Virus record (IMG/VR): IMGVR_UViG_3300048851_000177
Span: 1 to 59,485 of that record
Length of the DNA stretch: 59,485 bases
DNA from: a virus
Taxonomy: Duplodnaviria > Caudoviricetes
Strand: one strand, 5' to 3'
The first letter of the stretch is position 1; each line of letters opens with the position of its first letter. The position numbers and the translations under genes are program-made. A model generated the notes under the pieces. That model made no database searches, had not been told where the DNA came from, and was given only the letters and a program-made list of their open reading frames with translations. Positions 1 to 8,126 of the stretch are shown here, piece after piece.

Positions 1-513
1 GTGCGGAATCTTGCAGAACGTCTCAAGAACGAGTTGACGGCGCTGACACACTGGAGACACACCTATGTTCTCAAAACGTTCTATGAGGCCGTCATGTTCA
101 AGCAAGTTCCTATCTCTCGTTACAAGCCATCAGCCGTGCCCTGCGACCTGTACTTCATCGAGACCCAGTGCGCAGAGCGCCACATCAAGATCGGGGTTGC
201 CTCAAACATCAAGCAGCGGCTATCCACTCTCCAAACACACTGCCCCTACAAGCTCGTTCTCCTGAAGCTCGTTCCGGGCGCAGCGCACATGGAGAAGCAA
301 ATGCATCTGCAGTTCTCCGCAGACCGACTGACTGGGGAATGGTTTCGGCGGTCCGATCAGCTGCTCGCGGTTATCGAATCGCTGCCAGGGAAAGAAGAGC
401 CGGTAAAGGTCGAGGAAGACTTACTCGGCGCGGCCAACATCATGGACTTCCTACACCGCCGCGGAGCCTATGCGGATCTTCCGTCTGACGAGGAACTGCT
501 CGTTCGTCCATGA
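1..513 (+). CDS. GIY-YIG-like nuclease (T5orf172/MUG113 type); start uncertain
   Basis: LYFI...IKIGVASNIKQRLSTLQT...EKQMHLQF...GEWF motif series. Confidence 0.8.
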   Translation: MRNLAERLKNELTALTHWRHTYVLKTFYEAVMFKQVPISRYKPSAVPCDLYFIETQCAERHIKIGVASNIKQRLSTLQTHCPYKLVLLKLVPGAAHMEKQMHLQFSADRLTGEWFRRSDQLLAVIESLPGKEEPVKVEEDLLGAANIMDFLHRRGAYADLPSDEELLVRP

Positions 514-797
514 CCTGGCAGAAGAAATACCAGTGGCGCCAGACATGGCCCGGCGAAGGCCACGAGGACTGGGTCGGCTACGACGGAGAGATCCACATCG
601 GGCGCATCATGCGAGACCTGACGACGCATACGAAGAAGGGCTGGTTTATTTGGTCCGGCGGGGCTTCAGGCCGTGATGGCTTCCGAAATCGCCTCATGCC
701 TCACCAAGGATGGGAGCGAGAGCACTGGCAAGCTGCCAAAGCCGTAGAGGACTGGTACGATGCCATGAGAGAACGGAATGGGATGGAGAGGCGTTAG
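510..797 (+). CDS. Hypothetical Trp-rich protein
   Basis: ATGA overlap with upstream gene; 95-aa ORF. Confidence 0.7.
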   Translation: MTWQKKYQWRQTWPGEGHEDWVGYDGEIHIGRIMRDLTTHTKKGWFIWSGGASGRDGFRNRLMPHQGWEREHWQAAKAVEDWYDAMRERNGMERR

Positions 798-804
798 TCG
801 CCGT

Positions 805-1059
805 CTATGCGTTGGTCTCGCTCTCGTCATCCTCTGGATCGGGGTCTTCTTCGTAAGCAAGAGCCCTGTTGAATGCCACGCTCTGCAACGCCACCATGAC
901 GGTTCGCGTATCCCAACCTGTCTGGACAGCGCGGTCGATCAGATCTTGCAGCGGAAGATCGAGCGCTTCCTCGCAATTGATCGCGTAATCGGGGTGGGTC
1001 TTCGGGTGCTTTGGCGATGGTACGTTCATGGTGGTACTCCCTTTGGGGACCATGAACAA
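805..1059 (-). CDS. Hypothetical protein with acidic C-terminus; start uncertain
   Basis: Protein-like composition; converges on 510..797. Confidence 0.6.
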   Translation of the reverse strand: MFMVPKGSTTMNVPSPKHPKTHPDYAINCEEALDLPLQDLIDRAVQTGWDTRTVMVALQSVAFNRALAYEEDPDPEDDESETNA

Positions 1060-1084
1060 AGTAGCGCCGGAGTCGTTCCCGCGG

Positions 1085-1765
1085 CTAAGGTTGCCCTACC
1101 CGTTGGCGCTCGACGCGGTCGAGGCGTTCTCTTAGGTCGAGGATAACATCGCGCGCTCCGTAGACGCTTCCCTGAGCCGCCTTGACCTCGTCGACCTGAC
1201 GCTGAACATCGGTGAACCTCTGATCGTATGAAGCCCACACGCGCTCGTGTTCTCCCCTCGGTACTTGGTTCTGGAACCTGGTCTCGATCGCAGCAAAGCG
1301 GTTGTCATTGTCCTGACGGGTGGTGAGCCTGTTATTTTCGTAAGTCGATTTATACTCTGCGAAAGCACTGGCCGATGTCGTGTTGGACGCCACGTTGCCG
1401 ATCGCGAGGTTCAGGCGATCAATATCGGCTCGCACCGGACCGAACTGAAGCGAGCTGAGCCCTTGCACAATCACGATCATGACGCCCATGGCTGAAATGA
1501 GCAGGCCCCATGGTGTCTTGCCGCGCTCGGCAAGCTGAGTGTTCGTCGATGTGAGCTGCTCTGAGAACCTCTTGTCGAAGCTCGTGAACATCTGGTCGAT
1601 CTTGTCGGATTGCGCCTTGGCCTGTTGATCCATGCGCTGCGCCATTCCGTCAAGATGAGTGCTGAGTGACGAGAGGTTCACCTCTACTGTCGACAGGCGC
1701 TGGATGATGACCGCAGGGTTCTCAAGCACGGTGGCGCTCATCGGCGGCATACGGGTATTCGGCAT
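1085..1765 (-). CDS. Coiled-coil membrane protein in lysis cassette (holin/antiholin-like role possible)
   Basis: Directly follows the spanins; one TM segment PWGLLISAMGVMIVIVQGL; heptad-rich. Confidence 0.6.
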   Translation of the reverse strand: MPNTRMPPMSATVLENPAVIIQRLSTVEVNLSSLSTHLDGMAQRMDQQAKAQSDKIDQMFTSFDKRFSEQLTSTNTQLAERGKTPWGLLISAMGVMIVIVQGLSSLQFGPVRADIDRLNLAIGNVASNTTSASAFAEYKSTYENNRLTTRQDNDNRFAAIETRFQNQVPRGEHERVWASYDQRFTDVQRQVDEVKAAQGSVYGARDVILDLRERLDRVERQRVGQP

Positions 1766-1779
1766 GAGCATTTCCTGTC

Positions 1780-2040
1780 CTAGTTCGTTTCCGCCTTGAT
1801 CGCTGCGTCGTGCTGCCGGCACTGATCCTTGGTCCAGATCTGCGCAGCGCAGAGGGACGCCACCGTGCGGCCGATATTGCGGTTATCCTTCACCGTTAGC
1901 CCGCGCGTGCCGATCAGGTCTGTGCCGACCACCCGCTTAAGGCCGTCTGCACTTGCCGGAGCTGCTGTCGAACACCCCGCCAGCGTCGAAGCACTCATCA
2001 AAGCTGCTGCGAGCGCGATCAGATGCATTGCCTGCTTCAT
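1780..2040 (-). CDS. o-spanin (Rz1-like lipoprotein)
   Basis: Signal peptide with LAGC lipobox; overlaps i-spanin in another frame, downstream of endolysin. Confidence 0.75.
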   Translation of the reverse strand: MKQAMHLIALAAALMSASTLAGCSTAAPASADGLKRVVGTDLIGTRGLTVKDNRNIGRTVASLCAAQIWTKDQCRQHDAAIKAETN

Positions 2041-2161
2041 TGTTCTGCCTTTCGATTGAGTTGAGAGTGCCAGAGCCGCCGGCGGTGTAGAGCCAGGTCG
2101 CTGCGCCAATGATGGCGGTGACGATCGCGAAGACGATGATGATGCGGAGAGTAGACGACAT
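1937..2161 (-). CDS. i-spanin (Rz-like)
   Basis: N-terminal TM (IIIVFAIVTAIIGAATWLY), periplasmic helix with 2 Cys; TGATG coupling to endolysin. Confidence 0.75.
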   Translation of the reverse strand: MSSTLRIIIVFAIVTAIIGAATWLYTAGGSGTLNSIERQNNEAGNASDRARSSFDECFDAGGVFDSSSGKCRRP

Positions 2162-3126
2162 CAGCCGACCTCCGCTTTGATTTCGCGAACGGCCGAGATG
2201 ATCTGGCTGCGAAGCAGGATGAACAGCAGCAGCACGACGATCAGGATCACGCCACCGGCGACGACTGCCTCCCAATTCATACCTGTGAGCCAGCCCAGGC
2301 CGATCGTACTCAGACCGCCACCGCCGGTGAGCCAGGTCAGCCAGTTCGACTTTTCCTTGACCTTCTCCTCGACCTTCGCCGGAACGACCTGCTTCTCGAC
2401 AGTGGTCTCAATCTTTTCGACTACTGGCGCGGTCTGCACAGCCTCTCTGGCTGCTTCACCGGGCACAAGCGCCACCAGAGCAGCATGCAGCGCCGCGCGC
2501 GTCTGTGGTCCGCTCACGCCGTCGACACGAAGCCCTGACGCTTTCTGGAAGGCCTTGATGCCGTCAGGGTCTTTCCCGAGCAGAACAAGCGATGCGCGGT
2601 CGTAGTAAGAGAGCCGATCGTCGTAGCCGTTCAAGCCGCCATTGATGCGGCGGGTGATCATCTCGATGTCGTTGATGTCGGCATAGCGATCGAGGCTTTG
2701 GCCGGTCGGGTTGCCGGCGTCCCAATACCAAACGACCGACCACCCCGCCCACGGCGAGGTAGCGATCTGCGCCGGTTCGACCACGAAGTCTGGCGGGTTC
2801 AGCTTCCGTCCGCGGCACCAATCGCGGAACGCTGTCACGTTGTGCCGGCCCGTTACCTGGATCGGACCATAGCCACGGTACTTGCTTCCGTCGCCCTTCT
2901 TGGTGTTGCCAAGATCCTTGCGGCCCTCGTACTTCTTCTGCGCAGCCGTCGGCCCCCATATCTCTCGATCGAAACGGAGCCCGCCGCTTTCATGCATGAC
3001 CTGCGCGAGGACGTGCGCAAGCTGATGCGGCTTGAACTCGTCGGAGATGGCGACGATGGCGGCAAGTAGACTGGCCTTAGGGGTTTTGGTTTTGCTGATC
3101 TTGCGGAGCTGCGCTTCAGTAAGCAT
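2161..3126 (-). CDS. Endolysin: GH19 domain + PG-binding domain + C-terminal membrane anchor
   Basis: LAQVMHESGG, YRGYGPIQVTGRHN, ITRRINGGLNG (GH19); FQKASGLRVDGVSGPQT (PG_binding_1); hydrophobic C-terminus. Confidence 0.92.
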   Translation of the reverse strand: MLTEAQLRKISKTKTPKASLLAAIVAISDEFKPHQLAHVLAQVMHESGGLRFDREIWGPTAAQKKYEGRKDLGNTKKGDGSKYRGYGPIQVTGRHNVTAFRDWCRGRKLNPPDFVVEPAQIATSPWAGWSVVWYWDAGNPTGQSLDRYADINDIEMITRRINGGLNGYDDRLSYYDRASLVLLGKDPDGIKAFQKASGLRVDGVSGPQTRAALHAALVALVPGEAAREAVQTAPVVEKIETTVEKQVVPAKVEEKVKEKSNWLTWLTGGGGLSTIGLGWLTGMNWEAVVAGGVILIVVLLLFILLRSQIISAVREIKAEVG

Positions 3127-3163
3127 GGGTAAGCCTCCGCACTGCGCTGGCAGTGTCGCTCAT
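3116..3163 (-). pseudogene. 15-aa ORF overlapping endolysin start (probable gene-start stub)
   Basis: GGAGGACACC-ATG, MSDTASAVRRLTHAY*. Confidence 0.4.
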
Positions 3164-3185
3164 GGTGTCCTCCAGATTTAGGTAT

Positions 3186-3209
3186 AAAAAAAGCCGCCTA
3201 ATGGCGGCT
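3186..3209 (-). terminator. Rho-independent terminator after HNH gene
   Basis: AGCCGCC-ATTA-GGCGGCT followed by a T run on minus strand. Confidence 0.8.
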
Positions 3210-3214
3210 CGGTG

Positions 3215-3721
3215 CTATGCGTTGGCCCAAGTTCGACCGGCCAATATGTTCGCTATGGAATGCGGCGTGACGCCGTAGAGAACGGCTAGGTCCGCTTTCT
3301 TCAACGGAGATACTTTGATATCTCGTGCATCTTTCAGGTTGAGTTTCCTTGCCGCTCTAGCTGGATCGATCGGCCCCGTTTTACCGACCAACCTACGCCG
3401 TTCTTTCACATCAGCAGCGTTCTCCGCGTGGCTCCCAATGTGCAGATGGCGAGGGTTACAGCAGCCGGCGTTGTCGCATGAGTGCAGCACATATTTGCCT
3501 TTAGGCACTTCACCCTTTGCCAAAGCGTAGGCAACAACATGCGACTTGTAGAGGTTGCCCCTTCCAGAGTTTATACACCCATATCCGAAGGGATGTTTTG
3601 CTTTCGCGGTCCAAGGCCAGCACGCTTTCGGGCCTCTGACGTCTACCTTCAGCCAGAACCGGCATTCAAGGTTTTGCCGCTTGATTGGGTCGTTCATTAT
3701 GTCATTTATGGAAACAGCCAT
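3215..3721 (-). CDS. HNH homing endonuclease (HNH_3 type) with C-terminal HTH
   Basis: RFWLKV..CWPWT..GYG..VLHSCDNAGCCNPRHLHIGSHAEN. Confidence 0.9.
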   Translation of the reverse strand: MAVSINDIMNDPIKRQNLECRFWLKVDVRGPKACWPWTAKAKHPFGYGCINSGRGNLYKSHVVAYALAKGEVPKGKYVLHSCDNAGCCNPRHLHIGSHAENAADVKERRRLVGKTGPIDPARAARKLNLKDARDIKVSPLKKADLAVLYGVTPHSIANILAGRTWANA

Positions 3722-3800
3722 TCGATGATCTCCGTATGATCTTCGTGTCGGTTAGGGCCTCTCGGTGTTTCAGCACCGTTTGAGGCCCGACCAATATATC
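3722..3800 (-). promoter_or_regulatory. Structured leader of HNH gene
   Basis: GGGCCTC-aaa-CGGTG-ctgaaa-CACCG-a-GAGGCCC hairpin then TAACC; similar element at 18617-18690. Confidence 0.6.
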
Positions 3801-3824
3801 CGAACGTGAACATAAAGGGAATCG

Positions 3825-3920
3825 CTAGGCCTGGCGTATGATCGCCTCATGGCTGGCGACTTCCATCGCCACGTCATAGTCGACGACCAGCGCCGCGCCG
3901 GTGGGCACGTTCGTGTTCAT
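3825..3920 (-). pseudogene. Endolysin 5' remnant (31 aa)
   Basis: GGAG RBS; MNTNVPTGAALVVDYDVAMEVASHEAIIRQA*; ASHEAIIRQA resembles the GH24 lysozyme catalytic-Glu segment. Confidence 0.55.
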
Positions 3921-3990
3921 GGTGTTCTCCGATGTTGACGAGGATCAAGCATGCGGCTAGCGTCCCGGCTTTCTGGGTGGGGAGGCTGAT

Positions 3991-4368
3991 ATGAAGCTGC
4001 GTGCATTGGCGGGGTTGGTTACCGTCGCGATATTGGCAGGCTGCCAAAGCGATGCCCAGGTTCGATCGGCTGCGCCGCTTCGGACATTCAGCAGCAGCAA
4101 GTCACCGGATGCCGCCGTTGCCTGCCTTATCCCGTCGCTGCAGAGCAATTACCGAGCGATTCAGGCGCAGCGTTTCATCGCCCAGACAATTAACCCGGGC
4201 AAAGAGTACGATATCGTACCGACAGACGGTTTTGTGAATGGACACTACACGTTCACGGTCAACGTCAAGCCTAGCGGCTCCGGCTCGACCTTATCTATTT
4301 TCAAAGGGCAAGCCATGCTGCCGAGCATAACGCGCTCGGTTGAAATAGGGGTTGAAGCCTGCCGTTAG
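3991..4368 (+). CDS. Lipoprotein moron
   Basis: GGAGG RBS; signal peptide with LAGC lipobox; antisense to late operon. Confidence 0.85.
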   Translation: MKLRALAGLVTVAILAGCQSDAQVRSAAPLRTFSSSKSPDAAVACLIPSLQSNYRAIQAQRFIAQTINPGKEYDIVPTDGFVNGHYTFTVNVKPSGSGSTLSIFKGQAMLPSITRSVEIGVEACR

Positions 4369-4424
4369 CCGATTGGTGCAGTCAATGCGTTCCGGCCCGC
4401 AGCGCTGATGCGAAGCGTGGTCAT
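4365..4424 (-). pseudogene. Endolysin 5' remnant (19 aa)
   Basis: GGAG RBS; MTTLRISAAGRNAL resembles the GH24 lysozyme start (xISxxGxxxI). Confidence 0.45.
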
Positions 4425-4639
4425 GGTAGTCTCCGGTGTTGATTTAAGGGAGTTTGCCAACGGCAAAGTGCCCTTGGCGTGGTGTTCACAGCGTCTGGGC
4501 AGGACGCGTGCAGACAAAGAGGGGCCACCCGGAAATTCCAAGGGTTGAAACGCGAACCCACAAACGGGTACGTTGCAGATTAATTCCAAGTTGATGAGCT
4601 TGGGCGTTAGCGCATGCTCGAGTTATGAGGAGGAACGTG

Positions 4640-5407
4640 ATGCGGATCGCTACGTTTGGGTCTTGCCTATCGCTTCGTATAGCAGACCAATTTAGAGCGC
4701 TGCACGGCGGCGAGCTCATATCATGCGTCTACCACAATCGAAGCGACCAGTTCCTCTCCCGGTTTGTAGAGCGCACCATTGACGACCTTCCGTATGAAGA
4801 CGTTCGAGCAGCGACCGAAATCGCTACAGGATCGGAGGAAGACGCAATTCTACGGAATCAGTGTAGCAGATACATGGGAAGCCATTTACTGCGAAGCTGG
4901 ACGCCCTTCCTCGACGCATTGAACGAAGAGAAGATCGACCTATTGCTGGTTGACAACTTCATGGATGCATCCGCTGCTCTTCGCTCGTTAGGCGACGTCT
5001 CCTTCTTTTCCCGTCTTAAGCCGACAGAATTGAACAGGCTAAGGGTCCTACCGAAGCTTCCAGCAGATCGATCGGCTGATAATTTTAGTGCGCTCTTAGC
5101 GCACTTTCGCTCGAAACTGCCCGACGCGACAATAGTTTTCACGGCATTCCCTTGGAATACCTACCCAGGAGCAGAGGGGAGCCAAAGGAAGGCGTGGGAA
5201 GAGCTATTCTCAAGCCGTCTTGTGGCAGAGACTGCCATCCGCATCCCTACAAAACTCGTTCCTCAAGAGTTGCAGGGCGAGGTGCCATCCCACTATAAGC
5301 GCGAGATGTACCAAAGCTATGTGCCTGATGTCGTTCGTGCGGTAACGCGTCGAAACCAGCCAGAACAGTCATCGCCGCACCCGACCTTCACGCAATACCT
5401 TTACTGA
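4640..5407 (+). CDS. DUF6270-like / SGNH-like moron protein
   Basis: N-terminal IATFGSCLS, central LLLVDNFMD, C-terminal PSHY; GAGGAGG RBS. Confidence 0.6.
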   Translation: MRIATFGSCLSLRIADQFRALHGGELISCVYHNRSDQFLSRFVERTIDDLPYEDVRAATEIATGSEEDAILRNQCSRYMGSHLLRSWTPFLDALNEEKIDLLLVDNFMDASAALRSLGDVSFFSRLKPTELNRLRVLPKLPADRSADNFSALLAHFRSKLPDATIVFTAFPWNTYPGAEGSQRKAWEELFSSRLVAETAIRIPTKLVPQELQGEVPSHYKREMYQSYVPDVVRAVTRRNQPEQSSPHPTFTQYLY

Positions 5408-8111
5408 TGGACGCAAGCTCCTTTTCGATCCGCGCCATCCGTCGCCTCTGGTAGGCTGCCTCGATGGCAAAGCACTCGCTGTAGCGCAGGCCGTACCTCC
5501 CCCCGGCCTCTACTGCTGGGGTTACGATATTTCGACCAACCAAGTTCCCGTCAGAATCGTAGACATCTTCAAATACGGCGTCTTGCCTTTCCCATTCGTC
5601 GTAGCAAAGCAGGCCTATTTCCATGGCATCAATGCCGTGAGCCGAGAAGACGTCACGAACCTGTTGCGCAATAAGCCCCACATGAAACCGGGCCGCTTCG
5701 CCTTTCTCTGCTACGGCGTCACGCCACCTGTAGCCCATCCACTCGATATCGCCCCACGCGTCCAACCAAGCATCCGGAAGCGCCGCGATATCTTGTTTGC
5801 TCCGTTCGTCGGATGTGTTGATCGTGGCTGTACCTGCGTACAGCTGATTCCAACGTAGCGCAGCAGTTCCGAGAGACTGGGAGTTGTCGGCACCTGCCCC
5901 GACCGAGCCGGTTGAGAAAAACTGAATACGTCCAACGCCACCCGTGATGACCGAAACAGTCCCGCCGTCATAAGCCCGAACCTGAGCCGACCCCGATTTG
6001 TTCTGAATGATAGCATCTTTCCCGGCCATCGGTGTCAGTGACGTGTGCCCCGTCAAATCCGATCGCGGCGACAGCTGCAGCTCCGTGAGCAGGGCGTTTC
6101 GAGGCGTGAAAAGTCTTGCGTCAACACCATCGGAAAGGCCATTGCTCCCGATGATAACCAGTCCTCTTGTCTCCCAAATAGGAGCCACAGCCCAAGTCTG
6201 GCTAGCGAGATCAGGGCTCGCGATGACATGACCGCCCCCCTCGAACTGATGAGAGAACATCGTGAGGTCTGTCGCGTGATGGATATGAGCGATTACCTTC
6301 TCGTTCGTGTGAAATTTGCTACTCAGATCGAACTTAAGTCCGCGGATCGGGTAGCCGCTGACTTCGAACGCGCGGCTGTCTGGGAAACCAAAGTACGCGG
6401 CTTTCTGGCCTGACACGTGATCAAGACCGTAAATGTAGCAATTGTCATACTCTGTGTTCGCAAGTCCTGAAGACGGATGCCTTAAACTAAGGATTCCGGT
6501 AGGATCTGGCGTCACGCCGGTAAGGACCATATTCGCATCGCTGCCAGCGTGCGTCATGCCGGTCCAGGCATAGTTCCTTCCGTCCGAACCCCGAAGGATA
6601 CCAGTCGTGCCGTGATAGTTTTCAGAAGTCCACGGAAGCGTAATCGTGCCCACACCGCTACCAGCGTTCCAGGATGTGGACTGGACCTTGATGATGTCTG
6701 GCCCGCGAACCATGAGGCCTCGTCGGCTGCTGAATTTTCCGCGAAGAATGGTATTCCGCTCTCCTGTGCTTTCCGAAATAGCCGTGATGGTTTGGAAACC
6801 AGCCGCTTCGCGAAACCCGCCAACAACTTGCAGGTTTCGGTCATCCGCATATTCGGCATTGCGACGAACGTAGCCAAAATCCCAGTTGTCTCCAAGCGAG
6901 AGCATCGCCTGGTTGCTCCAGTCCGAAATGCCGTCTGACCCAACCCAATTGCAAATGCGAAGGTCTTGCAGCCCCCCGTATCGCACGGTCTCCTTGACAA
7001 GGACGCCGACCGAGTACTGCTTCTTGGTTGCTGGGGTCGTACCAGTTGCGTCTGAATTGTAGGCCGACCAAAGCTTTATGAAGCTGCCCGCATTGTCCGG
7101 ATCAGGCCGCCACCCACCGCTCTTCTCGCCTGACGTGATCCCGTCAAACGTGACATCCTTCGTCCCCGTACCCTTGAACAGAAACGTGGTCCCTTCCCAC
7201 GTCTTTGGACGCTGCGGATAAATGGGCTCCCACTCACCGACGCCGTCCCCGATAATGAAGACTCCGGCAGACCGCTCGTACCGAGAGGAAAGAACGTAGA
7301 ATTGTCCCGTCGCTCTGATCTTTGCCCCACCAAAGACGACCGCTAGGGCATCAGCTGCCGTGAGAGCGGCAGAGTTTTGAGCCGCGCGAGCATTTATCGA
7401 GGCGTTGCCATTCAGCGCAATGAGGTCATCGTAGGTGTAGGGCAATGCCCCGAACATTTCGAGATGAATGTCCTGACCCGCAGCCAGGGCCCATCGCTTG
7501 CTGCCGCTGTTGCTTGTAAGCTCACCGGGAACCGTAGCTTCCGGAGCGGCCATAAGCCGATAAAGCGCAGCACCCCTACCGTCAGCGGCAGCATAACCAT
7601 TCGTCCTGATGAAGTTGATGCCAGCCGGGATGGTCAGAGAAGACAGGCCAATCGCTGTGCCGTAGATTGGAACGTTGCCCTGACTGACGGCGTCTGAAGC
7701 GTAGCCTTCTGCGATATTCTTCGCAGCTACCGCGTCATCGCGAGCGTCTATAGCGTCATCGCGGGCGTCGATAGCGACGTCGCGAGCGTCTTCAGCGATG
7801 TCTGCGGCCTCTTGCGCTGCGTCTACAGGAAGGTCGAGCTTCTTCTGCCAGACACCCCCACTGTAGACGTATACGCCCCTCAAAGCTGCGTTATCGTCAG
7901 CGACAACGATCCCAACATCACCGGTGGACTCGCCAGAAACTGCGTCGAGCTGTGCTTTTGTGCCTCGAATATAAGCCGAGGTGACCGCCATCCCGAGCGA
8001 CGTTGTGAGGTTTTCCAGCCAAGTACCCCACTGACGTATCAGGGCTTTGGATGGCTCATACGGCATGCCGCCAGGACCATCGGCCCATACAATTCTTGCA
8101 AGTTCTACCAT
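5388..8111 (-). CDS. Tail fibre/tailspike with C-terminal peptidase S74 intramolecular chaperone
   Basis: Last tail gene; DARDDA coiled linker; beta-rich core; INTSDERSKQDI, GLIAQQV and LRYSE motifs. Confidence 0.92.
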   Translation of the reverse strand: MVELARIVWADGPGGMPYEPSKALIRQWGTWLENLTTSLGMAVTSAYIRGTKAQLDAVSGESTGDVGIVVADDNAALRGVYVYSGGVWQKKLDLPVDAAQEAADIAEDARDVAIDARDDAIDARDDAVAAKNIAEGYASDAVSQGNVPIYGTAIGLSSLTIPAGINFIRTNGYAAADGRGAALYRLMAAPEATVPGELTSNSGSKRWALAAGQDIHLEMFGALPYTYDDLIALNGNASINARAAQNSAALTAADALAVVFGGAKIRATGQFYVLSSRYERSAGVFIIGDGVGEWEPIYPQRPKTWEGTTFLFKGTGTKDVTFDGITSGEKSGGWRPDPDNAGSFIKLWSAYNSDATGTTPATKKQYSVGVLVKETVRYGGLQDLRICNWVGSDGISDWSNQAMLSLGDNWDFGYVRRNAEYADDRNLQVVGGFREAAGFQTITAISESTGERNTILRGKFSSRRGLMVRGPDIIKVQSTSWNAGSGVGTITLPWTSENYHGTTGILRGSDGRNYAWTGMTHAGSDANMVLTGVTPDPTGILSLRHPSSGLANTEYDNCYIYGLDHVSGQKAAYFGFPDSRAFEVSGYPIRGLKFDLSSKFHTNEKVIAHIHHATDLTMFSHQFEGGGHVIASPDLASQTWAVAPIWETRGLVIIGSNGLSDGVDARLFTPRNALLTELQLSPRSDLTGHTSLTPMAGKDAIIQNKSGSAQVRAYDGGTVSVITGGVGRIQFFSTGSVGAGADNSQSLGTAALRWNQLYAGTATINTSDERSKQDIAALPDAWLDAWGDIEWMGYRWRDAVAEKGEAARFHVGLIAQQVRDVFSAHGIDAMEIGLLCYDEWERQDAVFEDVYDSDGNLVGRNIVTPAVEAGGRYGLRYSECFAIEAAYQRRRMARIEKELASISKGIA

Positions 8112-8126
8112 TGTATCTCCGAGGAT

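Noticed and set aside
7725-7800. Short repeats as CRISPR or DGR repeat
   Set aside because: They encode the DARDDA coiled linker of the tailspike; no spacers, cas genes or reverse transcriptase in the window
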